The notes: generated by a model from the letters alone, not told the origin. 64,000 nucleotides of DNA from Desulfomicrobium sp. (GCA_040768745.1 JAXGMI010000001.1:608001-672000), one strand, 5' to 3'; counted from the stretch's first letter, positions 26,277-37,031 are shown. Translations and numbers: made by a program.

Positions 26277-28183
26277 TGAGCGCCCCCTATGAAACCACCC
26301 TGCCCAGGCTGCTCCTGGAGAACAGTCGCTCCCGTCCGGACCGCACGGCCCTGCGCGAGAAACACTTCGGCATCTGGCAGCCCTTCTCCTATGCCAGCTA
26401 CTATGCCATCACCGCGGAGTTTGCCGCGGGGCTCAAATCTTTGGGGTTGGGCCGGGGGGACATCATTGTCCTCATCGGCGACAACCGTCCGGAATGGCTG
26501 TGGGCCCAGCTGGCCATCCAGGGCCTGGGGGGAATCTCTCTGGGGCTGTATCAGGATTCCCCGGCCGATGAGATCGGGTACGTCTTCGACCTTTCCAGAG
26601 CCCGACTCGTCGTGGCCGAGGATCAGGAGCAGGTGGACAAGATCCTGTCCATCCGCGAGAACCTGCCCCATCTGCAGTTCGTCATCTACCATGACCCCAA
26701 AGGACTCTCCGTCTACGATGAACCTGGCCTGAAGTCCTTTGACGAGATAAGGGACATGGGCCGGGACCTGGCCGGGGAATTCGAAAAGTGGATCCAGGAT
26801 GTGCAGCCCGACGACACGGCCCTCATCGCCACCACCTCGGGGTCCACCGGGCGACCCAAACTGGCCATGCTCTCGCACAAGAATCTCCTGTCCATGGCCT
26901 GGAACCTCGGCTTGTCGGATCCCAAACGTGCCAGCGACGAATTCGTGTCCTTTCTGCCCCTGGCCTGGATGGGCGAACAGATGATGGCCGTGTCCTCGGC
27001 CCTGCTGTTCGGCTTTTGCGTCAATTTCCCGGAAGAGCCGGACACGGTGCAGGAAAACATCCGCGAAATCGGGCCGCACCTCATTTTCTCTCCGCCCCGG
27101 GTCTGGGAGAACATGGCCGCCAAGGTCAGGGTGCGGATCATGGAGACCTCCCCCTTCAAACGCCTGCTTTTCAACCTGTTCATGCCCGTGGGGACGCGGT
27201 ACGCAAGCCTTCTCCTGCGCGGGGAGAAGCCCGGGCCTGGCCTGGGCATCCTGTACAGGCTTGCTGACTGGGCTCTTTTCCGGGCCCTGCGGGACCGGAT
27301 GGGGTTCACCCGCGTCCGCTCGGCATCCACGGGCGGAGCCCCCCTGGGGCCGGACACCTTCACCTTCTTTCACGCCCTGGGCATCCATCTCAAGCAGATC
27401 TACGGTCAGACCGAGATCGCAGGCATCTCATGCATCCACCGGAATGGCAGGGTCAGTTTCGACACGGTGGGCGAACCCATCGCCGAGACCGAAATCCGCA
27501 TCTCGGACCAGGGTGAAATCCTGTCCCGAAGCCCGGCCGTGTTCCAGGGCTACCTGGGCAATGCCCAGGCCACAGCCGAGACCGTCACTGACGGATGGCT
27601 CCATTCCGGCGACGCAGGGTACTTCAAAGACAACGGACAGCTGGTCATCATCGACCGCCTGTCCGACGTCATGACAACGGCCACTGGCGTGCGATTTTCA
27701 CCCCAGTTCATCGAGAACAAGATCAAGTTCTCGACCTATGTGCAGGAGGCCGTGGTCCTCGGAAACGGGCGGGACTTCATCACCGCCATCATCTGCCTGG
27801 ACGGGGACATTGCCGGTCGCTGGGCCGAATCCCAAGGCCTGACCTACACCACCTACCAGGATCTGGCAGCCAAGCCGGAGCTCTACGACCTGATCGAAGC
27901 GGAAATCCGGGGCGTCAATGCAAGCCTTCCAGACGGGACGGAGATCAAACGCTTCGCCCTGCTCTTCAAGGAACTGGACCCGGACGACGGGGAACTGACC
28001 CGCACCCGCAAGACCCGGCGCAAGGTCATCAACGAGCGGTATGCGGATCTCATCGCGGCCCTCTACGACGACACCACGGAGACCACGGACCTGTGCATCG
28101 CCATCATCTACCAGGATGGCTCCCGCCGCGAGATGACCGGCGCCATCTGCATCCGCGACGTGGCTGCGGAGGGCGGGAAGTGA
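26273..28183 (+). CDS. Long-chain acyl-CoA synthetase (AMP-binding)
   Basis: TSGSTGRPK, YGQTE and GWLHSGDAG motifs. Confidence 0.9.
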   Translation: MMSAPYETTLPRLLLENSRSRPDRTALREKHFGIWQPFSYASYYAITAEFAAGLKSLGLGRGDIIVLIGDNRPEWLWAQLAIQGLGGISLGLYQDSPADEIGYVFDLSRARLVVAEDQEQVDKILSIRENLPHLQFVIYHDPKGLSVYDEPGLKSFDEIRDMGRDLAGEFEKWIQDVQPDDTALIATTSGSTGRPKLAMLSHKNLLSMAWNLGLSDPKRASDEFVSFLPLAWMGEQMMAVSSALLFGFCVNFPEEPDTVQENIREIGPHLIFSPPRVWENMAAKVRVRIMETSPFKRLLFNLFMPVGTRYASLLLRGEKPGPGLGILYRLADWALFRALRDRMGFTRVRSASTGGAPLGPDTFTFFHALGIHLKQIYGQTEIAGISCIHRNGRVSFDTVGEPIAETEIRISDQGEILSRSPAVFQGYLGNAQATAETVTDGWLHSGDAGYFKDNGQLVIIDRLSDVMTTATGVRFSPQFIENKIKFSTYVQEAVVLGNGRDFITAIICLDGDIAGRWAESQGLTYTTYQDLAAKPELYDLIEAEIRGVNASLPDGTEIKRFALLFKELDPDDGELTRTRKTRRKVINERYADLIAALYDDTTETTDLCIAIIYQDGSRREMTGAICIRDVAAEGGK

Positions 28184-28217
28184 TGGCGGCAAGGACGGGC
28201 ATGGAACGGGAAGGAAG

Positions 28218-28335
28218 ATGGATTCCCGCCTTCGCGGGAATGACGCTTCGGTTGGCGCGAGGCCGGCGCTGTTCCAGTACGGAGTCCGCTTACCCGCCGC
28301 CCGCCGATGTCATCCCCGCGAAGGCGAGGATCCAT
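28218..28335. repeat. Inverted pair of short palindromic repeats (REP/dRS3-like)
   Basis: ATGGATTCCCGCCTTCGCGGGAATGAC (28218-28244) and GTCATCCCCGCGAAGGCGAGGATCCAT (28309-28335), 24/27 complementary. Confidence 0.85.
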
Positions 28336-28401
28336 GCCTTCAACTCGACCATAAAACGCCGGGACACGCTTGTCGGCGGCGACAACCCATAAGGTCATCT
28401 C

Positions 28402-29289
28402 ATGGAATACTATCTCCAGCTCATCATCAACGGTCTGGTCGTCGGGTCCATATACAGCCTGGTGGCCCTGGGCTTCGTTGTCATCTTCAAGGCCACCAAG
28501 GTGGTCAACTTCGCCCAGGGGGAACTGGTCATGGTCGGGGCATACGTGTGCTTCGCCATGACCGTGCAGTATCAGCTCCCGTTCCTGGTCTCCTTTCTGC
28601 TGACCCTGGCCTTTGCCACCGTGCTGGCCATTGTGGTGGAGCGCCTGATTCTCAGGCCCCTCATCGGTGAACCCATCATTTCGGTCATCATGGTCACCAT
28701 CGGCCTCTCGTCCATGCTCAAATGCTTCGTGCAGACGATCTGGGGCACCCAGATCCGGGTCTACCCCGCAATCCTCCCGCAGGAGCCGTTCATGGTCCTG
28801 GGGTTGCCCATCGCCCCTGTCTACCTGGCCGCCTTTGGGCTGTCCCTGCTCCTTTTTGCGGTGTTCAGCGTATTCTTCAAATATTCATCCGTCGGCATCG
28901 CCATGCGGGCCACGGCCTTTGATCAACAGGCCGCGCAGTCCATGGGCATCGGCATCAAATCCATCTTTGCCCTGTCCTGGTGCATTGCGGCCGTGGTCTC
29001 CAGCATCGGGGGAATCATCCTGGGCAACATCAACGGAATCAACGTCCAGCTCGGACACCTGGGCCTGAAGGTTTTTCCGGCCGTGATCCTGGGTGGCCTG
29101 GACAGCCTCCTGGGCGCTGCCTTGGGCGGTCTCATCATCGGGGTATTGGAAAACATCTGTGAAGGCGCGGCCAAGGACCTTTTCGGGCTGGGCGGGTTCA
29201 AGGAGGTGGCCTCGTTCATCGTCCTGGTCATCATCCTCATGGTCAAACCCTATGGACTGTTCGGGACCAAGGAGATTGAACGGGTATGA
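28402..29289 (+). CDS. LivH-like ABC permease
   Basis: GSIYSLVALGFVVIFKATKVVNFAQGE motif. Confidence 0.9.
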   Translation: MEYYLQLIINGLVVGSIYSLVALGFVVIFKATKVVNFAQGELVMVGAYVCFAMTVQYQLPFLVSFLLTLAFATVLAIVVERLILRPLIGEPIISVIMVTIGLSSMLKCFVQTIWGTQIRVYPAILPQEPFMVLGLPIAPVYLAAFGLSLLLFAVFSVFFKYSSVGIAMRATAFDQQAAQSMGIGIKSIFALSWCIAAVVSSIGGIILGNINGINVQLGHLGLKVFPAVILGGLDSLLGAALGGLIIGVLENICEGAAKDLFGLGGFKEVASFIVLVIILMVKPYGLFGTKEIERV

Positions 29290-30335
29290 GCATGCACAAA
29301 TGCGGACTTTTTTACACCAGCTACCGGGCCGAGGATGGGCTCTTCCGCTCGAAATTCCAGAAATCCTGCCTGGCCATCTTCTTCGCCGTTCTTCTGGCCT
29401 GCCCGCAGTTCCTGAATTCCTACGTCGTGTCCATCCTGAACCTGATCCTCATCGCGGTCATCGGGGCCGTGTCCCTCAATCTCCTGACCGGAATCTGCGG
29501 GCAGATGTCCCTGGGCCACGGCGCCTTTGTGGGGATGGGCGCCTATGGGGCGGCCATTCTTTCCAACCTGGGCCTTCCCTTCTTTCCCGCCCTCCTGGGC
29601 GGGGGCTTCGTGGCCGCCTTGGTCGGCATGGTCTTCGGCATCCCGTCCCTTCGCCTCAAGGGCATCTACCTGGCCATCTCCACCCTCGCGGCCCAGCTGA
29701 TCCTGGAATATGTCTTCCTGCATGCCTCTGGTCTGACCGGTGGGGCAAACGGTCTGCCCGTCAATGCCCCGCATGTCCTGGGGTACGCCTTTGATTCGGA
29801 TGCCAGAATTTTCTACCTGATCCTCTTTGTGACCACCCTCTGCGTCCTGGCCGTCAGTAACGTGGCCCGCACCCGCCCTGGCCGGGCTTTCGTGGCCATC
29901 CGGGACTATTATCAGTCGGCCGAGAACGTGGGCGTGAATCTCTTCGCCTTCAAGCTGCAGGCCTTTGGTCTCAGCTCGTTCCTGGCCGGCATCGCGGGCG
30001 GGCTGTGGGCGCACTACACCATGTACATCACGCCGGAGCAGTTCTCCATGGGCCTGTCCATCAGCTACCTGGCCATGATCATCATCGGCGGGATGGGTTC
30101 GGTGCTGGGCTCCATCTTCGGGGCAATTTTCATCACCCTGCTTCCGGAACTTCTGAACCTGCTGATCTCGTCCCTGGGCGGTCTTGCCCCTGACCTCAGT
30201 GCCATCATGATCCCCCTGAAGGAAGGGGTCTTCGGCCTGATGCTGGTCCTGTTCCTCATTTTCGAGCCCGAAGGACTGGTCCGCCAATGGCGCCTGACCA
30301 AGGCCTATTGGAAGCTCTATCCCTTTGCCTATTGA
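29286..30335 (+). CDS. LivM-like ABC permease
   Basis: LNLLTGICGQMSLGHGAF and LRLKGIYLAISTLA motifs. Confidence 0.9.
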   Translation: MSMHKCGLFYTSYRAEDGLFRSKFQKSCLAIFFAVLLACPQFLNSYVVSILNLILIAVIGAVSLNLLTGICGQMSLGHGAFVGMGAYGAAILSNLGLPFFPALLGGGFVAALVGMVFGIPSLRLKGIYLAISTLAAQLILEYVFLHASGLTGGANGLPVNAPHVLGYAFDSDARIFYLILFVTTLCVLAVSNVARTRPGRAFVAIRDYYQSAENVGVNLFAFKLQAFGLSSFLAGIAGGLWAHYTMYITPEQFSMGLSISYLAMIIIGGMGSVLGSIFGAIFITLLPELLNLLISSLGGLAPDLSAIMIPLKEGVFGLMLVLFLIFEPEGLVRQWRLTKAYWKLYPFAY

Positions 30336-30381
30336 AACTCCGGACCCGCTGTCCGGAATAAACCTTTTGCCCGGAGTAGCT

Positions 30382-31539
30382 ATGAAAAAGCACCTTGTCC
30401 TGATTCTCTTGGTTTTGATGGCAAGCTTGGGCTCGGCCTCAGCCGCCTACAAGGTCGGCATCCTTTCGGACCTGACCGGAGGCACGGCCAGCGTGAGCCC
30501 GCCCTATGGCGAAGGCGTCAAAGCATGCATCGCCTACGTGAACGAGAACGGCGGTATCGCGGGCCAGCCCATCGAATTCATTCAGGTGGACTACGCCTAC
30601 AATGTGCAGCAGGCCCTGGCCGCCTACAAACGCTTCCTCTCCCTCGGCATCGTGGCCTTGCAGGGCTGGGGGACGGGCGACACCGAAGCCCTGGTCAAGT
30701 TCGTGGCCCAGGACAAGATCCCGGTCTTCTCAGCCTCCTACTCGGCACACCTGATGGACCCGGCCAAGGCCCCCTACAATTTCACCTCAGCCCCGGACTA
30801 TTCCACACAGGGCCGGGCCGGCCTCAAATACCTGCGGGAGGCATGGACCCAGCCCCGGCCCCCAAAGCTGGCCTTTGTCTTCCCGGACAACCCTTACGGC
30901 ACCGCGCCCATCCCGGCCATGAAGGAATACGCCAAGGAGCTGGGCTTTGAGGTCGTGGGGCAGGAAAACGTGGACCTGAAGGCCATCGACGCCACCCCGC
31001 AGCTGTTGAGTCTCAAAAAGGCTGGGCCGGATTTCATCTGGACAGGCGGAACCACCCCGTCCACGGCCGTGATCATGAAGGACGCTCAGAAGCTGGGCAT
31101 GACAAGCACCTTCCTGACCAACATCTGGAGCAGTGACGAAGACCTGTTCAAGATGGCCGGCGATGCCGCCAACGGGCATTTCGGACTGCAGGGAGCGGTC
31201 ATCTACGGACAGGATGTCCCGGGCATGGGGCTCATCCGCAAGCTGACCAAGGACACCCCGCAGATGACCCACTACATCCGCGGGTTCGTCTCCATGCTGG
31301 TCATGGCCGAGGGCATGAAGATGGCTGCGGCCAAAGGCGAGGTGACGGGGGAGAGCATCAAGGCGGCGCTGGAAACCATGCGCGATTTCGATCCCATGGG
31401 CCTGGCCCCGGCCGTGAGCTTCTTCCCGGATGACCACCGCCCGAGCATGTCCGTGAACGTCTGCACCTTCAAGAACGGGAAGCTCGAATTCGTGAAGACT
31501 GTGGCCCTGGAGCGCAAGAAGGAATGGCTGGGGCACTAG
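30382..31539 (+). CDS. LivJ/K-type ABC substrate-binding protein
   Basis: Signal peptide, KVGILSDLTG and YVNENGGIAG motifs. Confidence 0.88.
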   Translation: MKKHLVLILLVLMASLGSASAAYKVGILSDLTGGTASVSPPYGEGVKACIAYVNENGGIAGQPIEFIQVDYAYNVQQALAAYKRFLSLGIVALQGWGTGDTEALVKFVAQDKIPVFSASYSAHLMDPAKAPYNFTSAPDYSTQGRAGLKYLREAWTQPRPPKLAFVFPDNPYGTAPIPAMKEYAKELGFEVVGQENVDLKAIDATPQLLSLKKAGPDFIWTGGTTPSTAVIMKDAQKLGMTSTFLTNIWSSDEDLFKMAGDAANGHFGLQGAVIYGQDVPGMGLIRKLTKDTPQMTHYIRGFVSMLVMAEGMKMAAAKGEVTGESIKAALETMRDFDPMGLAPAVSFFPDDHRPSMSVNVCTFKNGKLEFVKTVALERKKEWLGH

Positions 31540-31755
31540 ACGCCCCGGGGCCGATCCCGCCTCTGAGGAAAGGCCCCTATGCCGGATGATCCTGGGCCTG
31601 CCGTAGGACCACGGCCTTTCGGCAGGCTCACCAACGTCCGCCTGTAAAGGACATACTGCTCTGCGGGCAGATCGACATGGTCGTCAGGCTCACGGATGTG
31701 GCCCTACCCAAGCCCGCGCGCACGTTGCATATGAAGGGAGATACGGAAACCCGCC

Positions 31756-32553
31756 ATGAACGTCCTGCAAGTCATGAACCTGGAAGTGGTCTATAACGAC
31801 GTCGTCCTGGTCCTCAAAGGCCTTTCCCTGGATGTGGCCCAGGGCAGCATAACCACCCTGCTCGGCGCCAACGGGGCGGGAAAATCCACCACCCTGAAGG
31901 CCATTTCAGGCCTCCTGGCCGGGGAAAACGGCAAGGTCACATCCGGATCCATCATCTATGACGGGGCAAACATCTCGCGTCTCAGCCCCGAGAAGCTGGT
32001 CAGGGCTGGTATTTTTCAGGTCATGGAGGGCCGCCGCGTCTTCGAGGACCTGACCGTGGAGGAGAACCTGCGCTGCGGCGGGTACACCCAGCCCGCGCGC
32101 CTTTTTGCGCACAACGTGGAAAAGGTGTACGCGTACTTCCCGCGGCTCAAGGAGCGCCGCCACCAACTGGCCGGGTACATGTCCGGCGGCGAGCAGCAGA
32201 TGCTAGCCATCGGACGGGCGGTCATGGCCAACCCCAAATTGTTGCTGCTGGACGAGCCGTCCCTGGGCCTGGCGCCCCTCCTGGTGGAAGAAATCTTCGG
32301 CATCGTCGGCCGCATCAACAAGGCCGAAGGCGTGAGCGTCCTGCTGGTCGAACAGAACGCCCGTCTGGCCCTGTCTCTGGCCGATCACGGCTATATCATG
32401 GAGAACGGGCGCATCGTCATGGACGGGAAGGGGTCCGACCTGCTCCAGAATCCCGACGTGCAGGAATTCTATCTGGGACTCGGGCATGGCGGGGAAAAAC
32501 GGAGCTATCACGCCATCAAGCACTATAGAAGACGAAAACGCTGGCTGGGGTGA
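31756..32553 (+). CDS. LivF-like ABC ATP-binding protein
   Basis: GANGAGKST, MSGGEQQMLAIGRA and LDEPSLGLAP motifs. Confidence 0.9.
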   Translation: MNVLQVMNLEVVYNDVVLVLKGLSLDVAQGSITTLLGANGAGKSTTLKAISGLLAGENGKVTSGSIIYDGANISRLSPEKLVRAGIFQVMEGRRVFEDLTVEENLRCGGYTQPARLFAHNVEKVYAYFPRLKERRHQLAGYMSGGEQQMLAIGRAVMANPKLLLLDEPSLGLAPLLVEEIFGIVGRINKAEGVSVLLVEQNARLALSLADHGYIMENGRIVMDGKGSDLLQNPDVQEFYLGLGHGGEKRSYHAIKHYRRRKRWLG

Positions 32554-32724
32554 AAGGCCGCTGGCGGCAGGCGATCATGACTTTGCCGCGCCCGATCCGC
32601 AGCCTTGCCTGACGCCCGCCCCGGTTTGTCCGTGATCCCTGGCCTGGTGGATTTTGAACCGCCGTGCGGGGCCGCTATGCACAGAAAAACAGCTCAGTCC
32701 CTGCACACTTCCAAAGGAGCCTCC

Positions 32725-33981
32725 ATGGAGAGAACACAGGGTTTTTTTCATCAGCGCGAAACCGAGTCCGATGCCAGTCGTGCTGCCCGGCAATGGCAAT
32801 CTGTCCTGGCCGTGATCCACAGGGCGGCCTCCTTTGAGGGCGAATTCCGTGATCGCTTGCGCGATGCCGGCATGGTGCCCGATGAAATCCGCTCCCTGGA
32901 TGATTTTTCCTCCATCCCGGTCCTGCGCAAGAAAGACCTGTCCCGCCTGCAGCGGGAAAAGGGCCTTTCCTGGTTTTTGTCCTGTGCGCCCGGCAGACTG
33001 TCCCGCATCTACCAGTCGCCCGGACCCATCTACGATCCCGAGGGGAGCAGCCCGGACTACTGGGGGTGGACCGAGGCATTTTTTGCCGCCGGGTTCCGTG
33101 CGGGGGACCTGGCCCAGATGACGTTCAGCTATCACCTTACCCCGGCGGGGCTGATGCTGGAAGAGCCGCTGCGCAGCCTCGGATGCGCCGTCATTCCGGC
33201 CGGACCCGGCAACTCGGCCTTGCAGCTGCAGCTGCTGCAGGAGCTGCCGGTGACCGGATTCGTTGGAATGACAAGCTTCCTGAAGATCCTTGGTCAGAAA
33301 GCCCTGGAAAAAGGCCTTGATCCGAAAAAGGATTTCGGTCTGGAAGTGGCCTTCGTGGCCGCCGAACGATTATCCGAAAGCCTCCGCTCCGAAATCCAGG
33401 ACATGTTCGGCATACTCATCCGCCAGGGCTACGGTACGGCCGATGCAGGTTGCATCGCCTACGAGTGCCCGGCTTTGGGCGGCATGCACCTGTCCACCCG
33501 CTGCCTGGTGGAGATCTGCGATCCGGCCACCGGACAGGCAGTTCCTTGCGGCGAGATGGGCGAGGTCGTCGTCACGCCCTTCACCCTGGAGTATCCCCTT
33601 GTCCGCCTGGCCACGGGAGACCTGTCCCGACTGTCCGAAACCCCCTGCCCCTGCGGCCGCACAGCGCCCAGACTCCAGGGCATCCTGGGCCGCGTGGACG
33701 ATACGGCCAAAGTCAGAGGGCAGTTCCTCTACCCGGCTCAGGTCGCCCAGACACTGGCCCGCTTCCCCCAGATCGTCCGTCATCAGGTGGTTGTCGACAA
33801 CGTCAGCGGGAAGGATGGGTTGACCCTGCGCGTCGAGACCAGCGGCCCTCTTGACACCGCCCAAGTGGCTTCAGTCTTCCAGGAACATCTCAAGCTCAGG
33901 CCTACCGTCATTGTCCTTGGACTTGGGGACATGATCCCGGAAGGGGCGCCCCCCCTTGTTGACAACCGCAAATACGACTAG
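32725..33981 (+). CDS. Phenylacetate-CoA ligase family protein
   Basis: YQSPGPIYDPEG, RQGYGTAD and YPLVRLATGDLS motifs. Confidence 0.85.
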   Translation: MERTQGFFHQRETESDASRAARQWQSVLAVIHRAASFEGEFRDRLRDAGMVPDEIRSLDDFSSIPVLRKKDLSRLQREKGLSWFLSCAPGRLSRIYQSPGPIYDPEGSSPDYWGWTEAFFAAGFRAGDLAQMTFSYHLTPAGLMLEEPLRSLGCAVIPAGPGNSALQLQLLQELPVTGFVGMTSFLKILGQKALEKGLDPKKDFGLEVAFVAAERLSESLRSEIQDMFGILIRQGYGTADAGCIAYECPALGGMHLSTRCLVEICDPATGQAVPCGEMGEVVVTPFTLEYPLVRLATGDLSRLSETPCPCGRTAPRLQGILGRVDDTAKVRGQFLYPAQVAQTLARFPQIVRHQVVVDNVSGKDGLTLRVETSGPLDTAQVASVFQEHLKLRPTVIVLGLGDMIPEGAPPLVDNRKYD

Positions 33982-33990
33982 GGTTTGACT

Positions 33991-35406
33991 ATGACCAAAT
34001 TCCCGACCAATCCCATCCTCCTCGTGGATGACGAGGACACGTGGCTCCGATCCTTTTCTCTGGCCCTCAAATCCAACGGCATCGACAACATCATCTGCTG
34101 CCAGGACAGTTCCGGGGTTCCCGGGATCCTGGCCTCCACGGAAGTGGAGGCCGTCGCCGTGGACCTGGCCATGCCCGGGATTTCCGGCCAGGAACTGATC
34201 TCTCTGATTGCAGGGAAATACCCAGACATCCCGGTCCTGGTCATCACCGGCATGGGCCAGGTGGAAACAGCCGTGGACTGCATCAAAAACGGCGCATTTG
34301 ATTTCTTCGTCAAAACCAATGACAAAAACAGCCTGGTGTCCGGCATCCGCCACGCCATCCAGATCCGTGAGCTCAAACGGGAGAACAGCAGCCTGCGGAC
34401 CCGTTTTCTGCAGGACACCCTTGAGCACCCAGAGGCCTTCGCACCCATCGTGACCTGTTCCAAGGCCATGCGCTCCATCTTCCAGTATATCGAAGCCATC
34501 GCACGCAGCACCCAGCCCGTCCTCATCACGGGGGAATCAGGCGTGGGGAAGGAGCTGGTGGCCAAGGTCATCCACGATCTGAGCGGCCGCCAAGGCGAAT
34601 TCGTGCCGGTCAACGTGGCCGGCCTGGACGACAACATTTTTGCAGACACCCTTTTCGGCCACAAGAAAGGGGCCTTCACCGGAGCAGACAAGGCCCGGCA
34701 GGGGCTGGTCGAAAATGCCAAAGCCGGAACCCTTTTCCTTGATGAGATCGGGGATCTGACCGCCGCGTCCCAGGTCAAGCTGCTGCGCCTGGTTCAGGAG
34801 CGGGAATACCTGCCCATCGGCTCCGACGTGACCCGCAAGACAGACGCCCGCATCATCGCCGCCACCAATGTGGCCCCTGGCAGCCTGAGCGAGCCCGACC
34901 GCTTCCGGTCCGACCTCTACTATCGCCTGCGCGCCCATCATGTGCACATACCTCCCCTGCGCGAGCGTCGAGAGGATCTGCCTCTGCTGGTGGACCATTT
35001 TCTGCGCCAGGGCTGCCAGGGTCGGAAGCGGCCAAGCGTCCCGGCGGAACTTCTGCCCATGCTCTCCGCATATTCCTTTCCCGGAAACGTCCGAGAACTG
35101 CGGTTCCTGATCCTGGATGCGCTGAGCTGCTCCGGCGACGAACGCCTGAATATCGACCGGATCAAAGAACATCTCCCCCCAAAGCCCGTGATCCTGGCCA
35201 GAAAAGCCATCTCGGACGAAGCGGTCAAACTCGGTTTTGGCCCCGAACTGCCCACCCTGAAGCAGGTGTGCAGGGAGCTTGTGCAGGAGGCCATGCGTCG
35301 CACTGGCGGCAATCAGGCCATGGCCGCAAGCCTCCTCGGTGTTTCCCGTCAGGCCCTGAACAAAAGGTTGAATAAGGTGCGCCGTATACGCGATGAGTGG
35401 GCATGA
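33991..35406 (+). CDS. Sigma-54-dependent response regulator (NtrC family)
   Basis: REC domain, GESGVGKE, GAFTGA and Fis-type HTH. Confidence 0.93.
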   Translation: MTKFPTNPILLVDDEDTWLRSFSLALKSNGIDNIICCQDSSGVPGILASTEVEAVAVDLAMPGISGQELISLIAGKYPDIPVLVITGMGQVETAVDCIKNGAFDFFVKTNDKNSLVSGIRHAIQIRELKRENSSLRTRFLQDTLEHPEAFAPIVTCSKAMRSIFQYIEAIARSTQPVLITGESGVGKELVAKVIHDLSGRQGEFVPVNVAGLDDNIFADTLFGHKKGAFTGADKARQGLVENAKAGTLFLDEIGDLTAASQVKLLRLVQEREYLPIGSDVTRKTDARIIAATNVAPGSLSEPDRFRSDLYYRLRAHHVHIPPLRERREDLPLLVDHFLRQGCQGRKRPSVPAELLPMLSAYSFPGNVRELRFLILDALSCSGDERLNIDRIKEHLPPKPVILARKAISDEAVKLGFGPELPTLKQVCRELVQEAMRRTGGNQAMAASLLGVSRQALNKRLNKVRRIRDEWA

Positions 35407-37013
35407 ACAGTGACCACGACGTCCCGTTGCGCCGCCTGAGGGAACTTGAAGCGAAAAATCGGCAACTCCTGCGCGAACTTGAAGACCTGCGTACCCTCAT
35501 CGACACCCCGCGCAACGTCATGCTTTTCTCCTTCGATCTCAACTACAACTACATCGCCTTCAACCAGGCCCACCGTGACTTCGTCAAACACAACTGGGGC
35601 ATGGACATCCATCCCGGCATGCACGTTTTCGACATCCTGAACGACCCACAGGAGAAGCTCTCCTCCCTCCGCAATTTCGACCGGGTCCTGGCCGGCGAGT
35701 CCTACATCCTGCGCCGAAGATACCGCAAACCCAAAGGCGATGTCGGCTTTTATCAGAACACCTATGTCCCCATCATGCACGGCGGAGAAATCCTGGGCGG
35801 AACCGTCTTTGCCCACGACATCACCGAATGGAGCGAACGCGAGGAGGAAGGAAAGAAGTATCGGGCCATCTTTGAAAAGGCCCTGGAAGGCATCTACCGC
35901 TCCACGGCTGGCGGCCGCTTTCTGGAAGCCAACCGCGAAATGGCGCGCATCCTGGGTTACGATTCACCCGAAGATCTGATGCGCACGGTCACCGACATCA
36001 GCCGGCAGCTCTACTGCGACCCGGTCGACCGGGAACGCTTTTTCTCCATGCTGCGCCGTGACGGATTGGTGAAGGACTATGAAACACGCATGCGCCGCAA
36101 GGACGGCAGCGAAATCTGGGTGGAATTCAATGCCCGGGTGGAAAAAAACACCCGGGGCCAGACCGCCTTCATCGAGGGCAAGCTGACGGACATCACGACG
36201 CGCAAGGAGGCAGAGCGCAAGGCGGAACTCAGACGGCAGAAAATGATCCAGGCGGACAAGATGGCATCCCTCGGCGTCCTGGTGGCCGGCGTGGCCCATG
36301 AAATCAACAACCCGAACAGCTTTCTGACGCTGAACCTGCCCCTTTTGCACGATGTCTGGACAGACTCGCTCAAGATCCTCGATGAATATCACGAAGAACA
36401 CGGGGATTTCGTGCTCGGGGGAATCAACTATCCCGAGTTGCGACAACAGATGCCGCTGCTGCTGCAGGGCATGATCGAAGGATCCGACAGGATCAAGGAC
36501 ATTGTGTCCCGGCTCAAGGACTACTCTCGGCAACGGCCCCAGGGCGGGAGGGAGATGACGGATCTGAACAACGTGGTCACCGGGGCCCTGGCCTTTGTCC
36601 GGCATAAACTCAAATCCGTGGCCCCCGGCTACGTCATCCGCATGGAGCCGGGACAACCAATGGTCCATGCCGACCCCCAGCGCCTCATTCAGGTTCTCAT
36701 CAACCTGCTGGTCAACGCCACCGAGGCTGTCCCGAACACTGGAGGACAGATCACGGTCCAGGTGCTGTCCCGCTGCGGAGAGAATGCGTCCTGGGCAGGG
36801 ATCGAGGTCCGGGACAACGGCTGTGGCATTGATCCCATGGATCTCAAATGCATCCAGGACCCCTTTTTCACTACGAAGCGCGAGCAGGGAGGCACGGGCC
36901 TGGGACTTTCCATCTCCTCGGCCATCATGCATGACCACGGTGGCAGGCTGGAATTCGAATCCACCCCAGGGCAAGGCACCACGGTACGGATGATGCTGCC
37001 CCTGGCGAGCTGA
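35403..37013 (+). CDS. PAS-domain sensor histidine kinase
   Basis: PAS repeats, AHEINNP H-box, and DNGCG / GTGLGL G-boxes. Confidence 0.92.
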   Translation: MNSDHDVPLRRLRELEAKNRQLLRELEDLRTLIDTPRNVMLFSFDLNYNYIAFNQAHRDFVKHNWGMDIHPGMHVFDILNDPQEKLSSLRNFDRVLAGESYILRRRYRKPKGDVGFYQNTYVPIMHGGEILGGTVFAHDITEWSEREEEGKKYRAIFEKALEGIYRSTAGGRFLEANREMARILGYDSPEDLMRTVTDISRQLYCDPVDRERFFSMLRRDGLVKDYETRMRRKDGSEIWVEFNARVEKNTRGQTAFIEGKLTDITTRKEAERKAELRRQKMIQADKMASLGVLVAGVAHEINNPNSFLTLNLPLLHDVWTDSLKILDEYHEEHGDFVLGGINYPELRQQMPLLLQGMIEGSDRIKDIVSRLKDYSRQRPQGGREMTDLNNVVTGALAFVRHKLKSVAPGYVIRMEPGQPMVHADPQRLIQVLINLLVNATEAVPNTGGQITVQVLSRCGENASWAGIEVRDNGCGIDPMDLKCIQDPFFTTKREQGGTGLGLSISSAIMHDHGGRLEFESTPGQGTTVRMMLPLAS

Positions 37014-37031
37014 TTCATTGATTCTTATGGA

